Positions 1-11,335 of a stretch of 64,000 bases of DNA are shown here, in pieces; position 1 is the first letter of the stretch; each line of letters opens with the position of its first letter. Position numbers and translations under genes: made by a program. The DNA comes from Centroscyllium fabricii (taxonomy: Eukaryota): NCBI GenBank assembly GCA_051313645.2, contig JBNRSN020000005.1, positions 335,854,001-335,918,000 of the forward strand. Direction: 5' to 3'. The notes beneath the pieces were generated by a model. The model was not told the DNA's origin and did not search any database. It saw only the letters and a program-made list of their open reading frames with translations.

Positions 1-564
1 GCTACTAACACCACCCGCCATGATCTGATTTTTGCTTTCCCCAGGAAATCAACTTCGGGGACAGCTCTTCCTCCATGGCTCACGACACCGGGGCCGGTCT
101 TCCTTAGGAGACATGTCCAGAGCCACAAGACCGACCCCCTGGTGGACAAGGTGCAGCTCCTGCATGCGAACCCGCATTATGCATTTGTGCAGTTCCCGGA
201 CGGGCGTGAGGACACCGTATCCATCAGGGACCTGGCTCCCGCAGGAAGCACCACCGCAGAGCCCCTGGTCGGCCAGCAGGCCGCTCAGCCACAGTATCTA
301 CAACACCCACCAAGTATACGATGGGCCCCGAGTTTCCCAGAGCCCCAGCAGTTGCCAGTACGGGACTACCACTCAGATGGCTCGGACCAGCTGGATCCAT
401 CGCCACCAGAAACCGTGGCACCAGAGCCACTGCCACCACCGGCGGACTCGAGGGGCACGGACCAGGAAGGGCCACCACCGGAACGCCGGCGGTCCTCCAG
501 GCAGACACGACCGCCGGACAGACTCATAGTAAACTGCTCGGTCCATTCACCCCCCCGGACTTAA
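1..564 (+). mobile_element. 3' end of Gypsy LTR-retrotransposon pol (integrase C-terminus), subfamily A; element continues beyond the window start
   Basis: Translates to ATNTTRHDLIFAFPRKSTSGTALPPWLTTPGPVFLRRHVQSHKTDPLVDKVQLLHANPHYAFVQFPDGREDTVSIRDLAPAG, homologous to the integrase tail at 30660-30910. Followed by PPT AAGAAGGGGTGAA (572-584). Confidence 0.9.
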
Positions 565-584
565 AATTTTCAAGAAGGGGTGAA

Positions 585-871
585 TGTGGTAACCATATTG
601 TATGTAATACCACTGCATTATTGTAACCAATAATGGGCTGCGTATATGTATACGCAGCCCTGTAATACCAGTGCAATACTGTAGGGAGCCAGGTCAGCCA
701 CGCCCCTAACTCCTCCCCCAGGTGAGGCCTTATAGGTGGAGACTGGCCCAGGCTCCTCATTCCTGTTCAGATGTTCGTTCGGAGAGTAGCTCCAATCTTA
801 GTGATTAAAAGCCTATAGTTACGGTAACTACTCGTCGTGTCTTTTAATCTCGAGGTATTGACGATACGTCA
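585..871 (+). mobile_element. 3' LTR of Gypsy subfamily A
   Basis: TGTGGTAACC...GATACGTCA termini directly after the PPT. TATA-like TTATAG and ATTAAA inside. End sequence resembles the solo LTR at 59711-59987. Confidence 0.85.
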
Positions 872-1907
872 GCACCCGAGGCAAGGTAAGTAATAGTTTC
901 TTAGAAAAACGCTGTTGGGGGGGCGCCAGGTACCTGAGGCCACTCTGTGGCGTAGAGATTGCAGGCTGCTGCCGTTTTCTTTGTAGATTCCGTGGCCGAT
1001 CGGCAGACCTTCGCAAAGTGGCCCTTCTTGCCACACCTGGAGCAGGATGCCGACTTCGCTGGGCAGGAGCTTCGTGGGTGGCGTTTATGGCCACAAAAAT
1101 GGCATTTCAGGGGCGCTGGCTGTCCGGATGGCGCCGTGGCCACCACGGTTGCCATCGAGGGCGTTAAACGCGAGTCCCAAGGCCCTGGGGAAACCGTGTG
1201 GGAGCCGTGCCCTGTGTACGAATCCAGGCTGCGGAGGGTCCCATCCACCGCATTGGAAAGCTTCACCGCCTGGTTCAGGGACAAATCATCTTGCTCGAGC
1301 AGGCGGGTGCACGCTGGGGCCGATCGGATTCCTGCCACGTAGGCATCACGGACGAGGAGGTCCATGTGCTCCTGGGCGTTAACGGGTGCACATTCGCAGC
1401 GCAGAGCGAGAGCCTGAAGAGCCTCCAGGTACTCCTCGTTCGACTCACCAGGCTGTTGCCTCCGCGTGGCGAGTAGATGGCGAGCGTAGACGGCGTTGAC
1501 AGGCTGGAGGTACCGAGCCCTCAGCAGCTCCAACGCTGCATCATAGTCAGTGGCGTTCTTGATGATTGCAAAGACCCTGCCACTGAGGATCGATCTCCAG
1601 GTGTCTGGTGCAGCTGGCTGTTGGCTCTGTCCTGGCTCATCACCCATTGTAAATCTTAGCGAATAAAATTGATGCGCTAATCAATCACGCCAGTCTTTCG
1701 TGGATCGTAATCAAAGGCTTTTATTCGCTAAGAACAAGACCTGGTCCGCGATGGGTCCTGCCCGGAATGAGAGTCAGGTGGGTGGAGCATCTTCCTTTAT
1801 ACTCATACCCGGAGGCGGGGTCAGCTGGTCCAGGTCCTTACAGAAAGGAACAACTTTATTAGCACAAACTAAAGCACAGTGTGAACTGCACTAAATGGTT
1901 CACCACA
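872..1907 (-). mobile_element. 5' half (5' LTR plus gag) of Gypsy subfamily B, interrupted at 871/872 by the subfamily A element
   Basis: ORF 901-1647 is Gag with two CCHC knuckles (CHFCGHKRHPRSSC, CSRCGKKGHFAKVC), closely similar to 26950-27600. It lacks ~50 aa of N-terminal Gag present in the other copies. LTR 1670-1907 (TGTGGTGAACC...GCGCATCA). Confidence 0.9.
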
Positions 1908-2111
1908 GTCAACAGCGCAAGTGTTGTCCCCAGGACTCTTTCTCAGTGCCGGAAAAAGTTTAATGACCTGTGCAGGGGTCTGAGGGTGAGTACAGAAATC
2001 TGTTGCTGTGTGCTTCTTTGCATCTGAGCCAAAATGCTTGGCTGCAGGGTCCTAAACCCTCCTATGCACAGAACCCCATTACCCTGAGGGTCTGTGTCTT
2101 TCAGCAGCCTG

Positions 2112-2430
2112 TTGCTTGAAGTAAATTGTGATTGCCTTCAGTACTTAGACTGCTTTGCTTCAAGTAAATTGTCATTGCCTTCAGTACTTAGACTGCTTTG
2201 CTTCAAGTAAATTGTCATTGCCTTCAGTACTTAGACTGCTTTGCTTCAAGTAAATTGTCATTGCCTTCAGTACTTAGACTGCTTTGCTTCAAGTAAATTG
2301 TCATTGCCTTCAGTACTTAGACTGCTTTGCTTCAACTAAATTGTCATTGCCTTCAGTACTTAGACTGCTTTGCTTCAAGTAAATTGTCATTGCCTTCTGC
2401 ACTTCGACTGCTTTGCTTGAAGGAATTGCT
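2112..2430 (+). repeat. 43-bp minisatellite, about 7 copies, in Harbinger ORF2 intron
   Basis: Unit TTGCTTCAAGTAAATTGTCATTGCCTTCAGTACTTAGACTGCT; CAAGTAAATT recurs at 2161, 2204 and onward. Confidence 0.95.
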
Positions 2431-2750
2431 CATGCTCGGCTTTTAATATGCAAGACTTCCTTTCCTCCACCTGACATTCTCTCCTTTTCCTTGCAGCGCA
2501 AGCTGGCCTCCAACCGAAGGGAGCAGGACCGCACCGGGGGCGGCTCTCCCCACATTGAGGAGCTCACCCCGATGGGGGAGCAGGTGCAAAGGATAATGGG
2601 GAACCGCCTTAGCACTCCTGTTGCTTCAGGAGATGCCGACCCCCTTTTGGGTGGCAGTGGTGAGTTCATCAGAATCCTCTTTTCCTTGCTTTTGCTCCTC
2701 AGAACAGCAGCCTCTGGCGCTATCCATCCACCAACAGTCATCCCATCATA

Positions 2751-2836
2751 CCTCCCTTCCCACCTTGTCCTCCCTTCCCACCTTGTCCTCCCTTCCCACC
2801 TTGTCCTCCCTTCCCACCTTGTCCTCCCCACCTTGT
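2751..2836 (+). repeat. 18-bp tandem repeat, about 4.5 copies, in next Harbinger ORF2 intron
   Basis: Unit CCTCCCTTCCCACCTTGT. Confidence 0.95.
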
Positions 2837-3976
2837 CGTTAAGCTAAATGCACTCGTGCTCATCTGTCATTTCAGATGCAGACTCCGCATCGGAGGAGGC
2901 AGCCGAAACAGGACCAACCGAGCACTCCAGCACCCAGGCGCAGGAGGAGGCCACAATGGAGGGGGGAGCTGGTGCAGAGGAAGACCATGTACTTGATGAG
3001 TTCTGGGTGTTGGAGGGTGCTCCAGGCCTCAGCGGGGTGGAGCAACGGAGGGAGTTGAGGGCAGCTCCACAGCGAGCTGGCCGGAGGGACAGTGGGTCAT
3101 CGACCCACGATGGCGAGACTGGGGAGCAGCAGCAGCTGCTCTTGGAAATGCGGCAGGAGGCGGGGCAGCGCCACACGGAGATGCTGGCAGTGGTGGGGAG
3201 AGTGCCCGATGAGCTGCATGAGTGGGCGGTAGTTGGCCGTGGCATTACCGCTGGCCTGCACGCAGTGGCTGGTGCACTCCACTCAGTGCTGCCACTTGGC
3301 GACGCCATACGTGAGCTGAGTGGAGTCATGCGGGCATCGGGCATCATGAGGGAGGCCTCTCAGCGCCCCCTGTCCACCGAGCAATCTGTGGTCCAGCAGA
3401 TTGCTGGGGAGGATGAGGGGGGAGGATGAGGAGCGGGCCTCTGGGAGTGAGACTGCATTGGAAGAGGAGACTGGTAGGAGCCTCTCTTACCAGGGCAGCA
3501 TAGCTGGTGCTAGCAGCCGAACTTCCTCACTGCTGCTGGCCCCGCCCGTTCACCAGACTACTGCAGATTCGCAGGTGCAGCAGCCTGAAGCTGGGCCCTC
3601 CAAGCCCAGAACCGGTCATGGCCGACCTCCGAAAGCTGCGGCAGTGTCCAGTTTGGTCACTGCGCAGCCTTCCAGTGCCGTTGCTACACCCACTGGGGAG
3701 CCTTTGAGGACGAGCATCAGGGTGGGGAGGGGGAACGACGAAAGGGCATCAGCTCCCCAGTGAAAAAGAATAAGTAGGGTGGAGGGATTTTATATACAGT
3801 GTCGGTTGGCAATATGATTTATGTTTTGTGGGGGGGGGGGGAGGTTTATTACTTTCTTTACCCTCACTGTGCATTTATTGACATTAACAGAAATAAGCAG
3901 TTATGTCAATGAAAAAACATGGACAGGTGTTGCTGAAGGCCACACCTCCTTCCATCCTCGTTCCATTAGCAGGTGC

Positions 3977-5179
3977 CTAGAAGTGGCTGTCCACTAGCCT
4001 TTGACGCACAGCCCTTCCAGTTTGCAGGAGCCTCCTCTGCTGGGGCGGATGCTGAGGATCATCATCTTCCTGCTCCTCCGCCTCCTCCTCCTCCTCGTGC
4101 GCCTCCTCCTCGTGCGCCTCCTCCTCCTCCGCTGCTGGCACAAGATCTGGCAGTAGTGGCTGTGTCCTGAGGATTGCCAGGTTGTGCAGCATGCAGCACA
4201 CCACCACAAAGCGCGACACGCGGTCAGGCGCGTTCTGGAGGGCAACTCCGGAGTGGTCCAGACAGCGGAACCGCATTTTGAGGATGCCAATGGTCTGTTC
4301 AATGATGGCCCTGGTCATGTGATGGCTGATGTTGTAGCGTTCCTCAGCAGGTGTCTGGGGTGCATGGAGCGGTGTCATGAGCCAGGGGGCGACACCATAC
4401 CCCTTGTCCCCCAGAAGCCATCCATCTGGGTGATTGGGTCCCTCAAACAGGTCGGTGATAGTGCTCTGTCGCAGAATGAATGCATCATGCCTGCTCCCTG
4501 GGTACTGAGCATTCACTGCCATGATGAGCTGCCAGTGGTCGCACACGAGTTGGACGTTAAGGGAATGAAAGCCCTTCCTGTTGCGGTATGCCTACCGATA
4601 AGGCGCCTGCAATGCCACATGAGTGCAATCAATGACACCATGCACCATGGGGAAGCCATGGACAGCCGTGAACCCCTCATGGCATTGCTGCTGCTGGTCG
4701 GCATCTATGGGGAAGGTAATGTATTGCCGCCTCCTCCTGTAGAGTGCCTCCGTCACCTGACGGGTGCAGGAATGTGCTGCAAACTGGGAAATGTTGGCAG
4801 TGTCCCCAGTACCTGCCTGGAAGGACCCAGTGGCATAAAAGTTCAGTGCCACAGTCACCTTGGCTGCGACTGCCAGAGAGGTCCTGGTCCTCTGGTGAGG
4901 CTGCAGGTCTGCCTGAAGCAGCTGGCAGATCTCCTCCACCACCTCTTTGCGGAACCGCAGACGGTGCACACACTGCTCCTCCGACATGTTGATGTAGGAA
5001 TGCTGCTGGCCAAATACCCATTGACGGTAAGGCCGCCTGCATACATCGCTCTGTGCCCGCCTGCCTCTGCCAATCACAGGTGCCCGCTCTCGCCTTCTGG
5101 CTCTGCGTCTCTGGCAGTCTCTCTGTTGCATGGCAACGTATAGCAACAACGCAGCATCTCCATCGAGGGCAGCTCCCAT
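3977..5179 (-). pseudogene. Harbinger (HARBI1-like) DDE transposase with one premature stop
   Basis: ORFs 4592-5212 and 3977-4546 are in the same frame, separated by TAG at 4592-4594. Motifs [75 protein letters not shown]. Confidence 0.93.
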
Positions 5180-5742
5180 CCTTACAACTGAGCCACAGGG
5201 CAGGAGGGTCAAAGCGCTGCTCGTAACTTTTTAAAGTTTGAGCAGTGTACTTGAATCGATATAAGCTTAGTAGCCTCAGCAAAGCAGCTGGCACCTTAAA
5301 GTTCTTAGTTTAGCAGAAGCAGCAGCTAAGGCAAAGGTTCACCTGACCTTTGAAAGCTTTTCAGGTCTCTGGATATGTTTGTCTGTCTCTCTCTTGGCTC
5401 CCAATCGCAAAATGGCTGCCGCCCCAATTGAAGGAATTGTGACCCCTTAAATACCGCCAAAACGGCCCCAACTGGACTCTGCTGCGCTAGAAAAACCTGC
5501 CGCTGTTAGCGCCAGGCGTTGAATCGGCGGCCGCGGCCGAATATGGGGTGCAGGACGCAGGGCGGGCGTTGCACAAGGATCGCGGCTAGGAATCAGGCGC
5601 TGAAATTAGCGCGCGCTAATCAGTAGGTGAATTTAGCGCCCGGCGCTAAATCTTTTGCGCTGGGCGCTAAAACCTGTAGCGCCCATTTTTGGCCGCTAAA
5701 CCGACGGCGCTAAGGCGCTAATTTTGCGCCCTATGACTCTAT

Positions 5743-6470
5743 GGGCGGAGAAATTGGTCAGCCCACATTTTATGGCGCTGACCTGGGCAATGAGCTGGCG
5801 CTAAAAATGCCGATATTGGCCACATCGTCCATTACGGGTGGGCGGGCGCAGAATTGGGCGGGCCGCCTCGCTCTTAGTGCAAGGCGGCCGAATACCGGGG
5901 CCCGGGCGCCGCGCTGCGCGAGTGATGCCGCAGCGGCGGCCTGCGGAACGGCAGGCCTTCCTCCACCATTAAAGGGGAGGGGCCTAGCGCGGCTGCGGCC
6001 AGAGCCCCGCGGGGCCGCCGAGAGACCGGGAGCCGGGGAACGAGCCCGGCACTGGAGGGAAGTGCCATGATCAGCTGACGGAGGCCTGACTCCGCCGGGG
6101 GAGCAGCGGGGGAGGCCGAGGGAGAAGGTGCTGGTGGTCGGCCAGCAATAAAAATGGCCGATCGCCGCACTTCCCTTTAAGCAGCGCTCGAGCGCTGCTT
6201 TTTCGGCCGGGGAATGCTGGCGCGGGCTGCTCCCAGGGTCAAGATGGCGGGCGCTGCCCAATTTCGGCCACGGGTGCCTCCCAGGCGCTGCGCGGCCTGA
6301 TGACGTCATTCCTGACGTCCAGCTGGGCGCTAAATTCGTTGGGGCGTTACCAGTTAGCCCCCAACTTAGCGCCCAGCTGAATTATGCGCTGGGTGCTATT
6401 TTTAGCGCTAATTCGGCGCCGCCCGATTTGGGCGCTAACGGGCCGGCGCTAGAGTGCGAATTTCACTTCC
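5743..6470. mobile_element. Harbinger-type MITE, GC-rich
   Basis: Imperfect TIRs GGGCGGAGAAATT / AATTTCACTTCC, TAT on both flanks, GCGCTAA subterminal motifs. Reverse-complement homolog at 46844-47458. Confidence 0.8.
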
Positions 6471-7199
6471 TATGACTAAATCGGGCATCACGGCAATGAA
6501 TAGATGTAGGTCCCAGTGCTTTGCAATCCTTCACTTAATAGTCCATTATTGTGGCCATTTCAGTCTTTCGTGGTCCATTTGAGTTTGAATTGTTAGTGAT
6601 TACCATCTGGTGTTTTGTTTTATACAAACTATTTGATAATTGCATCCTGTTAGCCCTTCATTGGATCCCAGTTGAGACTGTAATTTTGTTCTTCACAGGT
6701 GAATGATTATTATTCCAATCTCATTCAGTGCAATAGTTTACATTTCTACCAGAGAAGACTGGAGGACTGAAAGTCTACTGGGATTTTGTCCATTATTTCG
6801 CAAGTCAAAACAAATGTAATTTCCACTTTGTAACTGTTCATGGGGCCACACATCCCTAACACAGGATCGTTTAGGAAGTCTAGTACAGTTAATTATTTCC
6901 CATAGCGCAAAACCCCAAGGCAAGCAGGTGGCTAAGTGGCAGATAGCCAAATGAATGGTGGAATGCACCCTGTACTGGGGCCCATCTTGCAGGGAAGAAG
7001 CTCTGAATGAGTTAAGGGCCACTCCAGACTGCTTTCTGTGCATCTCGCAATCATGTTCCAATTGATTGAGAGGGCGATGGGGAACGGGCAGGGGTAGTGG
7101 GACTGATTGGATTGCTCTTTCAAAGAGACGGCTCAGGCTCAATGGGCCAAATGGCTCCCTTCTGTGCTGTAAGGCTGCCACATGGGACTTGAACCCACA

Positions 7200-8367
7200 G
7201 GGCGGCACGGTGGCACAGTGGGTAGCACTGTTGCCTCACAGCACTAGAGACCCGGGTTCAAATCCAGCCTCGGGTACTATCTGTGTGGAGTTTGCATATT
7301 CTCCCCGTGTCTGCGTGGGTTTCCTCCGGGTGCTCCGGTTTCCTCCCACAGTCCAAAGATGTGCGGGTTAGGTTGATTGGCCAGGATAAATTGACCCTTA
7401 GTGTTAGGGGGATTGAATATGTGGGGTTACGGGGATAGGGTGCCCCGTGTACGAATGCAGGCTCCGGAGGGCCCCATCCACTGCGTTGGAAAGCTTCACC
7501 GCCTGATTCAGGGACAAATTATCCTGCTCGAGCAGGCGGGTGCGAGCTGGGGCCGATCTGATGCCTGCCACGTAGGCATCATGGACGAGGAGGTCCATGT
7601 GCTCCTGGGCGTTAACAGGGGCACATCCGCAGCGCAGAACGAGAGCTTGAAGAGCCTCCAGGTACTCCTCATTCGACTCACCATGCTGTTGCCTCCGTGT
7701 GGCGAGTAGATGGCGAGCGTAGACTGCATTGACTGGCTGGAGGTATCGAGCCTTCAGTAGCTCCATTGCTGCATCGTATTCCGTGGCGTTCTTAATGATG
7801 GAATACACCCTGCCACTCACGCAGGAGACCAGGACTCGTCTCTTGTGCGCGTCGCTGACTCCGGCCACTACAAGGTACGATTCAAAACAGCTCAGCCAGT
7901 GCTCAAAATCGTTCGATGCGTTCGGTGCCTGGGGGTTGAGGTCGAGAGTTTTTGGTTTAAGGATTGTCTTCCAATTCTCAGCTGTTGCTGGCTGTTGGCT
8001 CGGTTGTTGGTCTTCATCCTGCTGGGTCATTTTAAAATTCTTGTGAATAAAATTGTGAAGCCTCAAATTAAAGACGGCAGCTTGATCTTAACAAAAGGGT
8101 TTTATTCACAAGAAACAGAACCGTGTCCCCGATGAGCCCGCCCGGAATGAGAGATAAGTGGGCGGAGCATTCTCCTTTATACTAGTACCCAGAGGCGGGG
8201 TCAGCCGGTACAGGTCCTTACAGATATTAACAGATATATTAACCCAAACTATATACAATAATCGCACAGTGTGAACCACACTAAAAGGTTCATCACATTG
8301 TGGGATATGTGTCGGTGCAGGCTCGATGGGCCGAAATGGCCTCTATCTGCACTGTAGGGATTCTATG
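7200..8367 (+). mobile_element. HE1-like V-SINE (tRNA head, CR1-type tail), split by a Gypsy fragment and itself inserted in a minus-strand Deu-SINE head
   Basis: GGGCGGCACGGTGGCACAGTGG head, V-domain GGGTTTCCTCCGGGTGCTCCGGTTTCCTCCCACAGTCCAAAGA. Resumes at ~8300 (TGGGATATGTGTCGG). The flanks rejoin as GGGACTTGAACCCACA|ACCTCCTGACTC. Confidence 0.85.
7441..8297 (-). mobile_element. Truncated Gypsy subfamily B (5' LTR 8054-8297 plus N-terminal gag)
   Basis: LTR highly similar to 26433-26685. Gag MTQQDEDQQ...LRSLHSYTGH is truncated and then reads into SINE sequence (ORF 7404-8066 is chimeric). Confidence 0.9.
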
Positions 8368-8719
8368 ATAACCTCCTGACTCGGAGGCGAGTGTGTTACT
8401 AACTGAGCCACAGCTGACACTGAGTAGTAACATTCCCAAAAAGAATTGGATAAATACTTGAAGGGAAAAAAATTGCAGGGCTTTGGGGGGAAAAGCAGAG
8501 GATTGGGACTAAGTGGAGAGCTCGACCAAAGAGCCGACACTGGCACAATGGGCCGAATGGCCTCCTGTGTTGTGCTATTCGATGATTCTATGCTAATGCT
8601 GCTTGGAAATGCCTTGAAAGATTTCATATGCTTTCATTTTTTTCTATTCAGCAACCTCCACCGTCATGGGGATAAATCTATAGTTTTGTCAGGTAAATAT
8701 CCAATTATTCAGGAACCTT

Positions 8720-9175
8720 CTTGGCCAAGAAGCATTTTAAGGTTTTCTTCGACAGCACCTCCCAAACCCATGACCTCTACCAGCTAGATGTACAAGGGCA
8801 GCAGGCAGAAGTACCTGCTCCTATCTTTTATGTTTCTATGGGGTTGGGATGATCAGCCATGATCTCATTGAACGGCGGAGCAGGCTCGAGGGGCTGAATG
8901 GCCGACTCCTGCTCCTGTCTTCTATGTTTAGGCGCATGGGAACACCACCGCCTCCAAGTTCCACACCATCCTGACTTGGAAATATAAATCGCCATTCTTT
9001 CATCGTCGCTGGGCCAAAATCCTGGAACTCCCTCCCTGACAGCACTGTGGGAGCACCTTCACCACACGGACTGCAGCGGTTCAAGGCGGCTCACCACCAC
9101 CTTCTCAACGGCAACTAGTGATGGGCAATAAATGCTGGACTTGCCAGCGACGCCCACATCCCATGTATGAATAAA
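8720..9175 (+). mobile_element. 3' end of a CR1-group LINE (second family), with an inserted SINE tail at 8835-8927
   Basis: Matches 19159-19568 (...GCTCACCACCACCTTCTCAAGGGCAA..GGGATGGGCAATAAATGCTGG). Confidence 0.65.
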
Positions 9176-9389
9176 GTTATTGTGATCTCTTCCTATATGG
9201 TGTTGCTTAATTTTTGTTTATTTTCATGTCTGCATTCGCCACTCCTCTCCAATTGTCTACCTACCTTACCTTGAAGGTTTTGACTCATACTGGAGCCACA
9301 TTCCTTCCAATATCTTGCCTACGTGGCTCATGCCCATGTGTGAGCCTTAAGTATGACTGCTAATAGGCTATTCTAACACAGTGGGGTGA

Positions 9390-10600
9390 CATTAGGAGAG
9401 ACTAGAGAAGCTGTGATTGCATCCTTTAGAGTAGAGAAGATTAAGGGGAGTTTTAATTGAGGTGTTCAAAATGATGAATGGTTTTGATCGAGTAAATCGG
9501 GAGAAACTGTTTCCAGTGGCAGGAGGGTGGGTAACCAGAGGACACAGGTTGAAGGTGATTGGCAAAAGAACCAGAGGGGAGATAAGAAATTATTTTACTC
9601 AGCGAGTTGTTGTGATCAGGAACGCGCTGCCTGAAAAGGTGGTGGAAGCGGATTCAATACAGGTTGAAGTTCGTTAATCCGGCACCTGAAAAACCGGCAG
9701 CTTCAGTCATTCGGCACAGATTTTCCCGACTGCCAGGCGCATGCGCAGACAATTCAAAATGGCCACCGTGGGGGCTATTCTTCCCTTTCACCTAACATAT
9801 ACTCACTGGATCCCGGCTTAGTGACCACCCCGATGCCGATAGTGAATCCCAGGCCCAGAAAATGAGCTGTTTCCGACTTTCGTGAGCCGGGCTTGAGCCG
9901 CGCATCGGGCCTCAGGCCTGCTGGAGCCATGCAGCCCGCTCCCTGATCCGCAGCAGAATCGATAGCTGCGTGCTGACGTCATTGCGTTCCGAAGCTGGCG
10001 TGCGGTGGCGTCACGTGAGCCGCGCATTGGGCCTCGGGCCCGCTGGAGCCGTGCAGCCCGCTCCCTGATCCGCAGCAGAATCGATGGCTGCGTGCTGACG
10101 TCACCACATTCCGAAGCTGGCGTGCGGTGGCGTCACTTGAGCCGCGCATTGGGCCTCCGGTCCGCTGGAGTCGTGCAGCCCGCTCCCTGCTCCGCAGCAG
10201 AATCGATGGCTGCGTGCTGAATCGAGCGCGTCCTGTGAGTTCCACCCGACCCTAGGGCTGAAAATTACTTTCCAGGTACCGGCGAGCGCATGCGCAGAGC
10301 ATTAAAAATTTCACGGTGGCCATTTTGAATGCTCTGCGCATGCGCCGCCGAAGCTTCAATCATTCGGCGTTTTCAATAATTCGGCAGGGTGCTGGTCCCG
10401 ACCCTGCCGGATTAACGAACTTAAACCTGTAGTAACTTTCAAAAGAGAATTGGATAAATACTTGAAAAGGAAAAATGTGCAGGGCAATGAGGGAAAGAGC
10501 GGGCGAGTGGGACTAATTGGATCGCTCTTTCAAAGAGCTGGCATAGTCACGATGGGCCGAATGGCCTCCTCCTGTGCTGTAGGATTCTCTGATTCTACAG
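9390..10600 (+). mobile_element. CR1 LINE 3' fragment interrupted by a Tigger-like MITE
   Basis: Translates to VFKMMNGFDRVNREKLFPV..TRGHRLK..RNYFTQRVV..WNALP-like CR1 ORF2 end; tail GGCCGAATGGCCTCCT. Confidence 0.8.
9660..10429. mobile_element. Tc1/mariner-pogo (Tigger-like) MITE
   Basis: 25-bp TIRs CAGGTTGAAGTTCGTTAATCCGGCA / TGCCGGATTAACGAACTTAAACCTG, TA TSD, internal ~120-bp tandem repeat (9890-10220). Confidence 0.88.
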
Positions 10601-11335
10601 TTAGTGTGCTGGGTACTTAAGAACCAGGGTAATTGGGAGATAGTTCATTATTTTTATTAATCCAAATGCCCTGCTTGGATTGGGAATTCTATCCAGTAGG
10701 AGAGCGTGAGAAGAGATCTGATTGATTGGATGTCAGCACAATAGGAGGTTGGAAGTCTATACAATGTGAAATAGCTGGTCCCACTGGGAGTATTTACAAT
10801 AATATATGGTTTGTCCATTGGAGTTCTGTAAATGAGAAGTGTGTTAATGTATTGGTTTATTGGAAATCAATACAATAGATTGTGTAGCTGGGTCAGTTGG
10901 ATTTCTGCATTTGGACAAAGGTGTGACAAGCCGAGTATTTTCTATGATTTATAATCCATCTTCCATTGTACCTCCAACATATACACCAGGCAAGGTCGGT
11001 CTCTGGGACCCGTCCATTCCAACTTCACCAGCCAGTCATGGTTGTAAATTTCAGGTTTTCTGGTCGGGTCGAATGAAGTTCACAGAGCAGTTATTGGCCC
11101 ACGCGGATGCCTCATATTGAAAAAAAATCTATGCTCTTGCCCGAGGGCTCCCGAGGTCCAGACACTCCCGCTCCTGGGCCTCGCCACAGTCGAAATGCGC
11201 AGGGCCCATGTATCCCAAGGGCGCAGGCGGTTCACAAACATCCCTGGGATCACGTGGGCCAGGCCAGCCAATAGGAGAAGGGAATCTTCCATCATACTTT
11301 TGACAGGGATCACTGAAAAAAGACATCAAAACAAT

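Larger units (their letters stand above)
1908..3763 (+). pseudogene. Harbinger ORF2, Myb/SANT-like DNA-binding protein; exons ..1908-1985, 2497-2659, 2876-3763 (frameshift near 3420)
   Basis: Exon A reads VNSASVVPRTLSQCRKKFNDLCRGLR|gtgagt (SANT helix-3 motif). Exon B reads ttgcag|RKLASNRREQDRTGGG...|gtgagt. Exon C reads tttcag|(D)ADSASEEAAE.... Splice phases (0, then 1) join in frame. The frame stops at 3429 but continues in ORF 3401-3763 after the G-run. Confidence 0.8.
1908..5731. mobile_element. PIF/Harbinger DNA transposon (autonomous type, two convergent genes); left part lies beyond the Gypsy insertions
   Basis: Spliced Myb/SANT-like gene on +, HARBI1-type DDE transposase on -, GCGCTAA-rich subterminal region 5480-5730, terminus ...AATTTTGCGCCC followed by TAT. 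Confidence 0.88.

Noticed and set aside
2112-2430. Regular 43-bp repeats as a CRISPR array
   Set aside because: Head-to-tail units with no unique spacers, no cas genes, eukaryotic intron context.
4184-5143. 319-aa plus-strand ORF
   Set aside because: Antisense shadow of the GC-rich transposase; no recognisable motif.
3977-5179. Domesticated host HARBI1 gene
   Set aside because: Premature stop, convergent Myb gene, TIR and subterminal repeats show a transposon copy.
10700-11330. Possible host exon or ORF in unique sequence
   Set aside because: Short ORFs with no recognisable domain and no convincing paired splice sites.
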